A stretch of 64,000 nucleotides of DNA from Marsupella aquatica (taxonomy: Eukaryota; Plantae; Marchantiophyta). The stretch lies in the NCBI GenBank assembly GCA_973895155.1, contig OZ316895.1, positions 3,893,659-3,957,658 of the forward strand. The letters run 5' to 3'. The stretch's first letter is position 1. Every line of letters begins with the position of its first letter. Positions 1-13,618 of the stretch are shown piece after piece. The translations under genes and the position numbers were made by a program. The notes under the pieces were generated by a model. The model had not been told where the DNA came from and made no database searches. It saw only the letters and a list, made by a program, of their open reading frames with translations.

Positions 1-124
1 AGATAGCACCTCAAATAGAAAGCTCAAAAAACAACTCGAAGTGGATTGAAAACTACACTTTACATGTTCAATCTGAAATCTTGAGGCCAAATACGAACCA
101 AGCAAGAAGCTTAAAAATTAGCAA

Positions 125-862
125 TCAAGGATGGATGAATTGAGTACCTCTATGTTGCGACTCATTATTGTGGTCCTGAGGTCTCTCCATGTCACCCTGA
201 TCGTCCTCATCAGACCCAGGGTCAACATACAATTCTGGGAACCCAGGCAATCCTGCCGCTCCTGTGCTTGGAGGAGAGACATTGGCCCTTTCTCCATACA
301 AGCAATGCATCCTGGCGAAGTGTGGGCATATTTTCTCAAGCTTATCCTCCAGTGTGATACCCAGCCTAAGCTCAGCCAACGTGAGACCAGCTCCCGAGTC
401 CTGTTTCATGGCCAGGGCCTCCTTGTACTTTTTGACGTAGCGATTGAATCTTTTCCCAAGATTCTCTCCAGTGCACACAAATTTTGGGAACCCCTTCGTA
501 TGCAACACAAGGAGCATAATTCTGAAGACTGTTTTCTTGGAAGGATGCCTTGTCCCTACAGGCAGCCTACGGCTGGAGCCATTCAACATTGCAAAATTAT
601 CAGGCTCCTCCAGCCAGTCTACGATCTTGGAGAGGTGATCAGAAGTGAGCTTACGAGTATCGCCACTACAGGCCTGAACATTTTGAGAGGCGACCATGTC
701 TATCTCTGTGTCTAGCTGCGAGTCAATCACAAAATCTGCCACCTGCGAATTGAGTGTTCCTGGAATTGAAGTTTGAGAATCAGGCGAAAATGAATTGGCC
801 ATGGTGCAATCCACTTGCTGGAAATGTACCGGCAGAAACGCTGGAGATGGTAGTGGGATCAC
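125..862 (-). CDS. Myb/SANT (trihelix)-like DNA-binding protein, probably ORF1 of a PIF/Harbinger-type transposon; the element likely continues off the left edge
   Basis: 245-aa ORF with IVDWLEEPDNF...LGKRFNRYVKKYKEA...SGAGLT...LEDKLEKICPHFARMHCLYGERANVSPP followed by an acidic tail, the pattern of transposon-associated Myb/SANT-like proteins. A TIR-like end (revcomp GGGGTGCGTTGTTTTG) lies at 1035-1050. Confidence 0.6.
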   Translation of the reverse strand: MIPLPSPAFLPVHFQQVDCTMANSFSPDSQTSIPGTLNSQVADFVIDSQLDTEIDMVASQNVQACSGDTRKLTSDHLSKIVDWLEEPDNFAMLNGSSRRLPVGTRHPSKKTVFRIMLLVLHTKGFPKFVCTGENLGKRFNRYVKKYKEALAMKQDSGAGLTLAELRLGITLEDKLEKICPHFARMHCLYGERANVSPPSTGAAGLPGFPELYVDPGSDEDDQGDMERPQDHNNESQHRGTQFIHP

Positions 863-1060
863 AGATCATCACAGAGTGGAGTGCGGAGCATGCAAAATGT
901 CTTGGTCAGGCATAGTGCAACGCATCAAGGTTTGTGGAGTGGTTGAAAAGGCTGAAATATTTTTTCTGTGGGCAACCCTCTAACCACCGTTAAACTAGGC
1001 TTTAACCCAAGGTAGAGTGGCCCGTGGGCCCTCTCAAAACAACGCACCCCTGCACGGATG

Positions 1061-2176
1061 TGTTCCGAGAATAGGGACCCGGACAGCCTTTCGGACCTCC
1101 TTTTTTACGGGCAGAAGTCCGGACACGACGTTGGGGATAGCATATTTGAGACGCCCTAAAATACTCCCCCCCACCTGGTATGCCCGCGGCTGCGCCTTGC
1201 GGGTCCTTTTGGGGAATCACTCCCCTTCTACTGCCGCGCCCGTCCGGCTCGCCTGCCTCCAACTCGCGGCCCGACAGCTCTTTCTCGGCTTGCCCCGGCT
1301 CGCGCCTGCCTCCTACACGCGGCGGTGCCTAGCGCTCCCCGGCTTCGCCTCCTCGCGGGCTAGCGGGGCATCTTTGGGGGATTTAACCCCTCCCCATTTT
1401 TCCCCCTTTCAACCCCCTTTCTGCGCGCCTGCCCTGCGCCTCCCTGCGAGCTCCCCGGCCATAGTGCTTGCGCCTTGCCCGGCCCAGCACGCCTCCCTAT
1501 GCAAGGGGGCGCTTGCCCCCGGGACGCCACCTCCTTCCTCCCACTCACGGCTTGCCCTGGCTGCGTCCTCTTTGGGGAATTTAAACTCCCCCTCTTTTTC
1601 ACCGGCTAGCGTCCCAGCTGCCGTTTGGCCCCCTCCCGGGAGGGTATAATGTGCCTCCCCCCCGGCTTCCTGCGCTCCTTTTTGGGGAATTTAATCCCTC
1701 CTTACTCCTTTAATCCTTCCCTCGCATCTGGGTGCCTCCCGGCTGCTGCCGCGCCTCGCCTTGGGGATTCCACATGGCGGCTCTAGGGCTGCCCCTTATG
1801 GGTTCCCCACCAGAGCTTGCCCTCTAGCTCACCGGGTCCCTTCCTTGCTCGCGACCAGTCCTCCGTCCTTATGGCCTCCCTCCCGAGTTCGAGATTCCAC
1901 ATGGCAGCCCTAGGGGAGCCTCTTATGGGGTCCTCTTTTCCTTGGGGTTTTAAAGAAAACCCCCCTTTAAAAAAACTTCTCCTCGATCATACAAACGAGA
2001 TAATCTGCTGGCTGGCTTAAATCACTATGTTGGGGTACCTTTTTAAGAAAATGGACTCTGTTTGTTCGGCATGGCCAACTCCAAGTGACTCAGGGGACCA
2101 TAAAGGGAAACCAGGATATATAACTCACTGCCCCAAGGGTGCCGACCCCCGAGTGACTTGTTTACACCCGGAAGCA
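1061..2176. mobile_element. Solo-LTR-like GC/CpG-rich element
   Basis: Begins TGTTCCG (1061) and ends CGGAAGCA (2169-2176), i.e. TG..CA with an imperfect terminal inverted repeat. Internal subrepeats include tttgggg(g/a)atttaa x3 and gattccacatggc x2. Composition changes sharply at 2176. No matching TSD was found. Confidence 0.45.
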
Positions 2177-2296
2177 CTGACTTAGTTATAAAAATTAAAA
2201 ATTAAAGTTGACAACAGACTATTTACATGTGGCGTATTTACATAAAAGACCCTTTAACCTATTAAGGGTAGTCTTGGCAGACGGGGACCCCGTCAC

Positions 2297-2442
2297 AGGT
2301 AGATATAACGTAGAAAAACTAATACTACCTAACTTGAAGTAAATAAAATCTCACAAGTCTAAGGTAGATACAACATAGGATAACTATCACTACCTAACTA
2401 TCAATAAATAAAATCTCAGTCACACTAGAGGTAGATACAACA
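2297..2442. repeat. ~65-bp degenerate tandem repeat, ~2.2 copies
   Basis: aggtagata at 2297, 2362 and 2429; actacctaact and aaataaaatctca each occur twice. Confidence 0.7.
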
Positions 2443-3650
2443 AGACCGGATGCCAAGCCCCACCAGTTGCATAAAGGTAAGAGAAGCCACCTAAATATGA
2501 GTGAAAATGAGTAAAAATGAGAAGGTAACATTCATTGGGGAAAATAACACTGAGTGTCACAAATAGTGGAGCCAGACTTTTATCCTCGACCAACCCAAGG
2601 GCCCCTCATACCCCATGATCATCCCATGCCGTTGGATCTACATCTGAGGGGTGTAATAGGTTTGTTTGATCCACTACGAACAATAGGTATAATTTCACCG
2701 ACCTACTTGATACGAGTAATTTCAGATTTCAAATTTTTACTCCAATTTCACTCCTTGATCTAACGTAGCTCCTTGAGTTTCTATTGGTGTACGTGTTCTT
2801 AGAATCTTACCCCAAGGACACACGTTATACAGTTGGGTGTACAGTCTTGTCCAATCCACATATAGTCATTCCTACTGTCCCCAATGCCTATGTACGTTGG
2901 ATGTGCACTTTTCTTAGTTGACACTGTCAATGTGCTGCCCAAAGCTGCCCAAAGCTGCTCAAAATTTTTGAAAATTCAAAACAAGGCTGACAGCCAATGA
3001 GATTACAATGTTTCTTTATTACTATTTTCAGACTTGAACAATATTCATCCAACGGATTTTTCTCAGACAACGGATTTTTCTCAGACGTTGAGATCTACAA
3101 TTTGAGCCCTAGATTGGATCGAACAACTAAGTGATGCATTCTGCCAATAGAAATTCAAGGGTCATAAAGAGACGCAACCCATCCCTCAATAGTGCCACCA
3201 CAGTTGTGAAGGAAAAATCAGCACTCCACGTTATGTGGAGTGCTTTGTAGTTGGATGCATGGTTTAACATCCCTTTCAAAATTTGTATATATTGAATATG
3301 GGAACAACTCTAAGTGACTCATCAACCATTGGATCTGCCTTGCTACCAATACCCTTCTTCACTGTCTGGCAAAATGTCTATTTGCTTTGCATCTTACAAA
3401 GTCCTAGTTAGGAGCACAGGTATTAGCACCATGTGAGCAAATGAGAATTGTGCGGTAGACAATATTAAATACCCACCACTTTGCTAGCAAATTTAGTCCC
3501 TCCCTTGCCACAACCTGTTCAATATACTTTTGTTTTTGTGTCATTTTTTCACCCAAATTTTGGACTTATTTTTTCCTAGCACACTTGCTTACCATCTGGA
3601 GTCCTACAAATGCTTTAAAACTCCAACATCAAAGAATAGCAACCTTGCTA

Positions 3651-4204
3651 CTCGGGGGGTTCACTTCTAGTGTATATTTTGGGGTATCATGTGTGATCAT
3701 AGTCTAATATAAACACACCTATTTTATAACAAGAATGTTCCTATTTTATAACAAGAATGACCTATTTTATTTTATAAAAAGGTATTGGTAAAGAATATTT
3801 TACAAATATGGCTTTATAATACCTTCTTTTGCTTCCTACACTTATTAAAAATTTAACTAATTTCTATGAAAAATACCTATTTTGGATTGTACGCGGTTCC
3901 TAAGATTTTTGATAATCAACCCCCCAAGCATCAATTCACTTTTAAATGTATATTTTGGGGTATCACGCGTGATCCTAGCCTAATATAAACACACCTAATT
4001 TATAACAAAAATATTCTCTATTTCAATATTAATGACATATGTTACTTTATAAAAAGGTATATAATAGAGAATATTATACAAATATGGGTTTATAATACCT
4101 TCTTTTGATTCTTACGCTTTTTAAAAATTTAGCTAATTTCTATGAAAAATATCTATTTTGGATCGCACATGGTTCCTAAGATTTTTGATAGTCAACCTCC
4201 CAAG
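3651..4204. mobile_element. Non-autonomous TIR element (head-to-tail dimer of a ~275-bp unit) with 8-bp TSD
   Basis: Starts ctcggggggttca and ends tcaacctcccaag. Flanked by ccttgcta (3643-3650) and ccttgctg (4205-4212). Internal 3660-3930 is repeated at 3935-4204. Confidence 0.7.
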
Positions 4205-4424
4205 CCTTGCTGACGAAGGGGCACCCAAGGCACTCCGTCAATTCAACTCAAATTTGGGGACTGCTGTGATGGGCTAGCAATTGGATTTGCCTAGCTTGCA
4301 AGACTCTTCCTCACTGGCAAAAATTCATGTTTGCTCGCAGAACAAACCCCCATAGAAGGGACACTCTACCTGGGAGAGGACACAGACTATACATGAGAGA
4401 ATGCACTGCCACAAGTGCTTTATG

Positions 4425-4721
4425 CTCGGGGGTCTCACTACATGGGGACCTCCCCATCACCTGCGACGTTTTTAGGCCTTGGACCCCCTAAAATGTAAGA
4501 AAAAAATATTATTTTTTAACCCTTATAAAGTTGAAATATTCTTGAAATATTCCAAAAATTGGATTAAAAAGACCCTAATGTTCTTATAAGTCTCAAAATT
4601 GAATTTAAAAGACCCTATTGTTCTTCTACAAAAATTCTTAAGTCTTCCCTTACAATCAATAAAATGACCCTATCCTTTGTCGCACGTGATATGCCATTTT
4701 TGTGGAAGTGAAACCCCCGAG
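4425..4721. mobile_element. 297-bp MITE with CTCGGGGG termini and perfect 8-bp TSD
   Basis: TIRs ctcgggggtctcac / gtgaaacccccgag; TSD gctttatg at 4417-4424 and 4722-4729; second copy at 20398-20672. Confidence 0.85.
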
Positions 4722-5383
4722 GCTTTATGGGACACAAACACCTGAACCCTGCCAGAGGGTGTTACTTTCTGTCCCGTACAAGCACAACCGGCAGTGTTAG
4801 AGGGTGAAGCACAGATTGAAGAAATTTAAGACAAAAGTGGAACTCAAGAGTGCTCTAAATGTGGCGTGTGGGAGATTACCAACTAGCAATATACAAAGAG
4901 AAAGTCCACCCTGTGCTTTAAGTATTGTATGAATGTTCAGGTTCCATAGCACCCTTACTACAATGAAACTTTACCTCTCGCTTTAAGTACTGACCTGATT
5001 TCAGTAAACCACTGACCTCAAAACGTTTCTAGTGTCCATAAGCATGAGCCAGTTGTTTAGATGGCTGAGATTTGCCTCTCGCGTACCTAGATGCACAATT
5101 TAAATGTGGGGAGCAAGGGTGGAGGGTTTCCTCCCTCCAAATTTAGATGCAACACTGATCTAACAATGGGAAATATCAGTCTACTAGATTTTTTTGGCAT
5201 ACAATCACCATGACAAGTATTTTTGAATGGAATCATTATATACTAAGGAAACCCAGAGGACAATAAATCTTCATTGGTAGAAGGCCTCAAGCATGACCTG
5301 AGCTCACAATGATCCCCTAGAGTTTCTGACCAGAAGTATTCTTCCAGGTGTTCATACACTATGCACTTCTTTAATGGCAATGG

Positions 5384-6577
5384 TCAATCATGACGGTTTA
5401 ATTTGGATAAACTATGACTTGTTGATGGAGCCACGGGGAAAAAGGGGTAGACAAAGCACTGCTGTGACCCTGCATCAATTAATCCTCGTTCCCTCCTGGT
5501 ACCGTGTTGGCTGGATCCCCTGTGTGATTCCTCCTGTTGGCTACCTTCAACGAATGCATACTCTGGTGGTGATCTAAGGATTAATGGATGTCCTCTTGGT
5601 TCCAAGGCAAAACCAACAAGAACAAGTGGTTAGCCAAGGAGCTTCAACAAGAGACTGACAAGTAAAATGAATCATATCTGACTTAATTTATACTCATTTC
5701 ATCATAGTGATGCACATAGTTATGTTTGATGGTAGGCGTTAGTCCAATCATCAATCGATATCTACCCATGGGAATTAATTGCCTGTAGAGGGCCATGGGT
5801 AGATCTTGAGAGGTCATGAGGCATATTGAGTACAAAGTAGATCGAAGAAGTAGTGTCTCAAACATGGTGTAGCAACTACCGTCCACAGCAATTTGTGTGA
5901 GGCCCAAACTCGTTAACCTCAAATTGGTCTGGAGCAACATCACTAGTATTATGGCCCTCACTAAATTATATGCAACACTTTTGGAGACGGTAATGCCAGT
6001 GAGAGTAACGTTCTCTGTTACACACGACTTTTCAATTGGCGGTTAGTATGGAAGAAAGCTTGCATGGGCCTAGCCTTTAGTTTGCTCTCAACCATTCTAC
6101 ATTGTTTTCCATGTTTATCTTGCACGTTATGCAGTAGACAGATAGCTTCTCGTGGAATACCTTCAAACGACTTCCGGTTGTGTTTCAGGAAGCTAGCCTT
6201 CCTGAAAGCGAGGCATTCCTGAAATCTGTCTAATTCCAAAAAGTCTCCTGAAAACACCGGAGTGCAGCTTCCTGAAGAATTCCTCTCCCAAGTTCCATAA
6301 TTGAAGGAGTAAATCGCTGGCCGAGCAAGGAATATGGCACTTCATATGATTTCATACAGTGAGTAAATGATTTTGTGGCAGACTTCATGTTCGTGGAGAC
6401 CATGCACTGTACTGTTTGGTACATTGAGTGCTTGCTATTGGCTCGTACTGCCTCTAGGAACGATTCATCCTCAGCTCTTGTAATGATCTGGTCCAGTCTC
6501 ATGAAGTACCTGTAGTGCAAAAACCTGGAGGCCTTAGCGGGGAGCGGCAATGAACAGATATCAGCGAACATGCACAC
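5384..6577 (-). pseudogene. Possible decayed coding remnant of unknown family
   Basis: Consecutive same-strand ORF pieces (6230-6577, 6018-6257, 5683-5961, 5384-5605) in shifting frames with protein-like composition; no motif recognised. Confidence 0.2.
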
Positions 6578-9114
6578 AGAATATATTAATCAGTTTGAAT
6601 CAACACCGCGAGCTTGGTCATATTTGCAGCAGACATCTGACATCATTGTAGACCAGAGGAAATAGCAAGCGGGCTAGATTTCGGTGTACGATTCATATCT
6701 TGTCACCGTACTCGTACAACAATTTAATAGTATAGTCCTTTTTAAACACCTGCTTACAGTACAATGTTGCATATTTGCGAAGTTTCCTTCAATAACATGA
6801 TAAGCTCTATCGAGAAATCGTAAACAGCAGTAATCTATCCGAACAGGGCATATCTCCCACTATTGTTTTATTCCTAAACCCAGCTGAAAGCAGCACAAAC
6901 CTCGCTGGCGCTTCTGGCTGATCGATGCTGCCCATCTGATTCATTTAAATATATCCGAAGCTGCACGTCCATAGTACAGACTTAACGACGCAGCTTGTGA
7001 TGAAGTTAGAAGCTCAATCTCCTTTCAAGTCCACAAGTACGATCATGGGTTTGTTCCTTAACTCTCAAATTCGGGCCTTCATTCTCCGAGATCATGGGAA
7101 TGGATCGGACTACTGAAATTTGATTCTCCATTGCCTCGGAAGTTAGAATGCTTGCTCAATAGCTTCTCACTGCCACGGAGCCCAGGGCAAACAAAATTGA
7201 CTAGGTAGCTAGAAGGAACCTGAGATATGTTGATCTCGAATCCAGAACGTCCTGAACTTCAGGTCGACTGGACTCATGATCCTAATTTTTCAAGGGGAAA
7301 ACGAATCAAAACTATACCTGCAAGCAGCTCTCCACAAGCAGGTGATAATAACCATCTATCGCAGGTTGGAATAGAGACTTTATGCACCATCAGCCACCCA
7401 GCCATCAACGTGATTCCTATATGTACTTATTCTTAAAAATGTACGTGTGTGCACCATGAGCTCAAATCTACGACCCAAACCGACTGAGTGGGTGTGTATT
7501 CACAAGTCGATTATTTTAGCTGACTTCAGACGACATCTGCAGGTAACTTTCGCCAACTCCGCCAACGAAATCATTCATTGTTTTGAACATGTTGGAGTTG
7601 TAGGATACTATCATCGGGGCGACTTTGAAGAGGGTAGTATATCTGGTCCGCCGAGTTGTGTGGAATTGTTGGGCCCACTGGTACCTATTAGGTAATTAGC
7701 AGTCATATTAACATCGAAAAGTTTAGACAAAAGTGCCAGTGTCTCAATCACACGATAAGCAAATACGGTCTACCTATATCCTGCTTGTTAGAGCTGTTAA
7801 AATAGCACCCCAACGCCCACCTGTTAAAATCAGAACGGGAGGAGGGAAACGAATTCGTAATCAGAGACACACCACAGACGTCTATTTTTCATTTCCTTAA
7901 GGTTGACAATAATACTGCTGACACCTCAACTACCCGTGAGCGCACTGATACTTAGCTTCCGCAAAATAATGGCATCGTGCTTCCATAAATCACGGTAATT
8001 AAAGGTCTAACTAGGTAACAATGAATTAACTAAAAAAGGAAGAACGTGGGATTGGAGAGCTGAGCACTGGGGGCCTGTCGACGTAGAACTGACAATGTAC
8101 CCCATGAGCACGCAGGTCTTTTTCAAGACCGATATATGAATACAGAGAGAAAATTGACAACGGCAGTGGCCAAGAAGCGGCTGGATGGTTTTGGAGTGAA
8201 CACATTGCGTGACGAAAAGAGGAAGATGAAAACATGATCGGTTTCACAATCTGCGATGGTGTTTGATATTTTGGTCACTGTTTGATGTCAAACACAATAG
8301 CTCCAGATCACCAAGACTTCACATGCTGGAGCTTTCCTCGAAATGAAGAACCATGTAGCAAAGTACGAAATCATTGGACCATCCAGTAAATCTAGCACTA
8401 GCCTAATTAAAGGACCTTCAATTCTTTCAGAATCAAGCGCTCCAGTGACATTTAATCGAAGATTAAGTAGTGTGCATACTCCTCTTACTAGACCCATGCA
8501 GGAGGAGTTCATCCAAGACTTAAATTTCACACAATTTCAAAGCAAATGAAGCCGACATTTGCAATAACTTAAAGTTCCCCTTTCCATTTCAGGAATTGAG
8601 CTTGAATATAAGTGGCACGTAATAGAAAATGTACACTTTGGCATCCGAGAAAAGTGTACGTTCAGATTGTTCGTTAGATTCCTGCGCGCTTGGATATGAA
8701 TGGAGAGTAACTCTTTACAACCAGTTAAACGTGTTGAACATTTATCACATAAAAAGTCTCTGGCTTGTTCCTAGTTGTATGCAAGCTCTCGAGCTGAAGT
8801 AGCTGCCCACTGTTAGAGGAGCTTCTAGGTATAGGACTGCCTGCCGTGAACTTCTGCCATATACTGAACGTCTATATATATATGAGAGTATTCGAATGCT
8901 ATACAAGAGAGATATATCGACAAGGCTGAGTAGACTAATTAATTACTTAGTGACTGGCACGGGACGGAGGCCAATCCTGCTACCAAAATATGAACATGTC
9001 GTGAATCAGTCAGGTGACCTTCGCTCCGCACTCAGGACCTTTATGCCCCACACCATTGATTGTCCAGGTCTAGAGTTGTCTTTTCTATTCTTAAACTGGA
9101 GAAAATAGCTATGA

Positions 9115-9567
9115 TCATGGTTTCTGAGACGGTGGCAAAACTGCGTTGCTGCCCAGACTGGGACCAGGAGGAACCAACACACTTCCTCTAGGAAGCATCG
9201 TGAAGGCAGCACTGAGGCGTAACCGCTGTTCGGGCCGAGCCTGCTGTTCTCTTATCTCCGCTGCTGCTGACGGTGCCCTACGGATTCCATTAAGAAGTAC
9301 GGGAGATGTTGTAAAAGTGATAACATGGGTCGGCATTTCCCTTGGTGACGCAAGATCTTCGGTAGTACTACTGCCATCCCGTGTTTCTGGTAAGCTGACT
9401 CGTGGTGAGCTCGATATTTCCTCCTTGGTTATTCGTCCCAGAAGAGAGTGATAGACTTCTCCACGGCTGCTGGATAGGACTTCAGCTGGGATTGAGCACA
9501 TGGCTACGAAAGCTAGGATCAGCGCAATGCAGAACGGCCGCGATTGAGTTGACTGTCGAGCCATCAC
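9115..9567 (-). CDS. IDA/IDL-like small secreted peptide precursor (150 aa)
   Basis: N-terminal hydrophobic signal (FCIALILAFVAMCSIPA), variable Ser-rich middle, C-terminal 20-mer FTMLPRGSVLVPPGPSLGSN (9145-9204) in register with the IDA EPIP motif FGYLPKGVPIPPSAPSKRHN. Intronless, with a paralogue at 17596-17934. Confidence 0.8.
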   Translation of the reverse strand: MMARQSTQSRPFCIALILAFVAMCSIPAEVLSSSRGEVYHSLLGRITKEEISSSPRVSLPETRDGSSTTEDLASPREMPTHVITFTTSPVLLNGIRRAPSAAAEIREQQARPEQRLRLSAAFTMLPRGSVLVPPGPSLGSNAVLPPSQKP

Positions 9568-11889
9568 CCAATTGTGTTGCTCTGATGCGGGATTTTGGGC
9601 AACAGTACTCGATTGGTGGCTAGAAACTTTGCCAAGAAAACTATTGATTAACTACGGGCTCTCCAGAAGACCGGGACGGTATGTTGCGGGGTCCCAGTGT
9701 AAGTCAATAGGCGTCTTGCACAAACAACTTCGACATATACTTCTCTAGATGTGGGCTAGGCGGTGTCGTTGGTGGCACAACGCACTAAATGTAACGGATG
9801 GATTGGAAAAGATATATAATCGAGTGAACAACTTCTCTAGGCTGTATAGACTTGCTATGCGATCGATCGAGCTCATTACGAATCGTTAGAGATACATTAC
9901 AGTCAGAGCCCGAGGATCGATGCAGGGATGTGGATTTTGTGTCCGACGAGCTGACGAGAGGAAAAGGTTGCGGAATCTGCCTGAAATACGAATGCGGACA
10001 TGCATCCCACATTTATATATTTGCAACGCACCATATCCTGAACGAGGTAATTAAGGTAGATTTACAAGTAAGAAGACCTGTAAAGGCAAAAAATTGTGAG
10101 TGATGATGAGAAAGGGAGTAATGGAAACCACTCAGGAAACTGCAAAACATGTAAATGTAAACCATGCTTCAATTCGTTCCTAAGTCCTTTGCAGGTAAGT
10201 TGGAGTTGACACGTTACCTCTCTCGAGTCAATCTCAGCGACTCACCTGAGGAACATGATTGTTGGCATTTTCTCTAGCTCGTGGAACTCAACTGAAGCAA
10301 TGTACGTAAACCTCCCTGCATGCATGACGGTTTTTTTGGAGTGATGACTACTCCGACGTGGACGAGTGAGCGCTCAGTGAGACCATGTCCGAACTGCCTC
10401 CGGTCCCGTCCAGTCCCGCCTCCATGCATGCACTCAATCGATAATGCTTGACTGTCGCTGCGCTTGGATGAGGACACGCCTGCTCCTACTTCAGCTGAGC
10501 TTGCCGTTGCACATTGATTCAACCTCTCTTGGTTCCCAACACGCCAACCTAGCTTGGCAGCAAGCTGATAAGAAGATTCCTTCTATGAATCATTCCATCT
10601 TCCTTGACGTTGAATTCCTCCCATCTGCCCCTGGCGGTCCCCTTCCATTGATGCACTCGTAATGTTCGCCATTGAGTGTGGAAAATAATTATTATCGTAA
10701 AAACAGTCATAACCGTTCCATGTTTATGATGAACACACTCACCGTCCACAGCTTCTGACCTCAAAAGGGTCCTCTACTTGTCCATTGCTATTGGTAGAAA
10801 AAGTAAAATTGCAAGGTGGGTTGGTCTTCACGTGTGAGGAAAGTAGTTACAGAACCCAAAATACTAGCAGTGGCAATTCTTGTAGTGATTAAAGTGGATC
10901 ACCTCCCTGTTCAGTTACCATGCATTGTTCAGTTACCAGGCATTATCACAATACTAGCCCCAGGACTAGCCCCTCAAAACTTGGGCTAAAGCCCTCGTTT
11001 GGGGGAAAAATATCAACCAGTGGATTGGAAACAGGGTGTTACTGTATACAATTATATAGACAGTAGTTACGTGATTGATAACGTATTGGCTGGAAACAAG
11101 CTTAAATGGGCCTACCCCAGAAAATCCTGATTTTGTTTTTGGCTCTGATCATACATATTGTGCCAGTCTAGAAAGTGAATGTGAGAAAGAAAATAAGACA
11201 GTCACATGTAAAACTTTAGAGCTCTCTCTGACTTTTTTTATAATGAAAATTGACAATTTTAAGTGAAGTCTTCTTGGAAGCATCATTCTTTGAATTCCCA
11301 AACTACTTCTATGAGCCCATAAATAGCTAACCTTAATTTCAGTCTAGTCTGGCTTTAAGAAGATAGATAAATTTCTTGGAAGAAAAGTCAGAGCTTACTT
11401 AGAGGTTTGACTCCAGGTCAAGAGCCTTTACCTGCCTCTCTTCTCAAATTATGAACATGAAATTACAATTACGAATTTAATCTAAATGCTATCCAAATAA
11501 AAATGGGGAGTTGTTTTTTTTATTTCATTGAAAAATAATTCACTAAAAAAGAGTGCATTACCGCCTCATGAATGACTGAACCGGCGAACAGGAAACTAAG
11601 GTTGGTTGGAGGAGGCATGTTCGTTTTAATAACAAGTTGCTGGGATTGGCGTGGATTTTTTTATCTTCATCTGTATTGGACAAAAGCTAGTGTTCTCAGT
11701 AATAAGCTAGCCTAAGGATTGGAGGAAAAGGCAGAATTGTCTAAACCTTAGGGCAAGCTGAAGGTAGTGATCAAAAGAGCATTTTGTTAGAATTTAACTT
11801 GAATTCATCATTTTGGGAAAGTATATTGCTCTCTTCCGCTGGAGAGAAAGGCTATTGTCTTTCACCCCTCCCACAATTTTGTAGCCTAG

Positions 11890-12008
11890 CTCTTGCCAGG
11901 AGTTCTCAAAACACACACACACCTTGTGTTTCTGAAACCCAGACTCTTGCCCGGAGCTCTCAAATCATACACACACACACACCTTTGTTTTTCTGAAATC
12001 CAGACTCA
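11890..12008. repeat. ~55-60 bp tandem duplication containing (CA)n
   Basis: ctcttgcc.ggag.tctcaaa...acacacacacct.tgt.tttctgaaa.ccagactc occurs twice. Confidence 0.7.
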
Positions 12009-13378
12009 TTATATTGCTTCATCAAGTGTGAATAGACCTCTAAATGGACACTACTGTGTAGATAGGGAGAATCAGTCTGTGAAATATAGAGGTCATTCGC
12101 CAAACACAGATGCATGACTATGGTTCATTTGCCAGATATAAGAACATCAAAATAATGGCCATCCACGTTCGAGTAGAATCTGCTGGTAGATATATATCAT
12201 CCTTGAGGGTACTGGCGAAGAGGGTCCCATGGTGAGGAGGCAGTTGCCACCTTGCTCCCCTGACAAAATAAGAAAAGCTGGCTGCATTCTACAAAGAATA
12301 TTTGGGGATCCAATTCAATCTCAAAGACTGCAAGGAGATCTCACCTGATCTTACGACTGCCAAATATTTTTGAAGGCAAACTTTGGGCCCAAATAAATGG
12401 GCACTTTATATAAACCCATCCTTCCACAACGAGTGGCCTAATGTGCCACTGAATTATTGACTCCTGTAGAGTATAATTACAGGTCCCACCTCTCCCTTCA
12501 AACTAGGATGTCCTCTCAGAAAAACCACCTCTCGAGGTGGTCTAGAAGACACACTTAACCGAGTGCCGTTCGTGTCAGTTGGGAGTTTCCAAACCTCATT
12601 GTGCTGCCAGTTCATGTAAATTGAACTTAGCCCCAAAACACAAAGTGACCCTAGGGTGTAGATTTAATCTTCATTTTGGCACAACTGGGTTTACGTAAAG
12701 TCCCCCTAACAATCCAACCCCTATTTTCTTCTGCTTACTGGGAGTAATAAGGGCCTACTCCCTCAGCCCTTAAAGAAACGAGGGCACCAAAAAAATGAGG
12801 GTTGCTTTGAAAGAACAAACAGCTCAGATCTTGCTTAATTAAGATACTTGGAGATTAAAGGGTGACTGAGGCTGTCCGAGGGCTCATGGAAATAATGCCC
12901 CAACAGTGCACCACCTTAGCATATCTCGAGGGATTCCACTTACGTCGAATCGAAGCTGCACAATCATGAGACTGCAAAAGTCTATTTCATTTCTATCGAG
13001 GGTTGAGGCTCGAGGATTCGTCTTTACATGATTGAAGCTGCACAATCATACAACTGTAAAAGCTCAATGATCATTTATGTCGAGGATGCCGAGAGGGTGT
13101 CATGTAGTGAGGCCCGACTGGAAAACCTCCGCCTCGTCGCTGGCTCGAGGATCGATCCAGTAATCCAGTTTCCGAGTTCTGGCACGGCGATGGCGATGGC
13201 ATCAGTCTAGGTGCTGGTGCTGGAGCTGGGCCATCGACGAATTCACAGGTCTACTGAAAAACGGAACGCTGATAATTGTGTGGCCCTGGTTTTGAGGGAG
13301 TCCTCCTAGATCTGCTACCGTAGTACTGATTGAGCTGGCTTCGGTGGCTGCGTGCCTGCCTCACTGCCTGGATCGGTT

Positions 13379-13618
13379 GGGAGTGTACCAGCTTATATAT
13401 TAATGGTGAACCCTATCGGAACAGCGATTGGGACGAGGTGTGTGTGAAGAAAAAGACTGGAAAAGGCTACTACTGCGGGAGGAGTGGGGACAGAAGTAGA
13501 GAGGGAGTGTACGTCAACCTGCTCATTAATGGTGAGCCCAATGGGGACAGCAATTGGGACGAGGTGTGTGTGAAGAAAAAGACTGGAAAAGGCTACTGCT
13601 GCGGAGGAGTTGGGACAG
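13379..13618. repeat. ~125-bp tandem duplication
   Basis: attaatggtga...gattgggacgaggtgtgtgtgaagaaaaagactggaaaaggctact...gggacag occurs twice with a few substitutions. Confidence 0.85.

Noticed and set aside
131-715. 194-aa + strand ORF
   Set aside because: Antisense shadow of the Myb/SANT-like ORF; no motif.
1017-1649. 210-aa Pro/Ala-rich ORF
   Set aside because: GTG start, low complexity and inside a GC-rich repeat; expected by chance.
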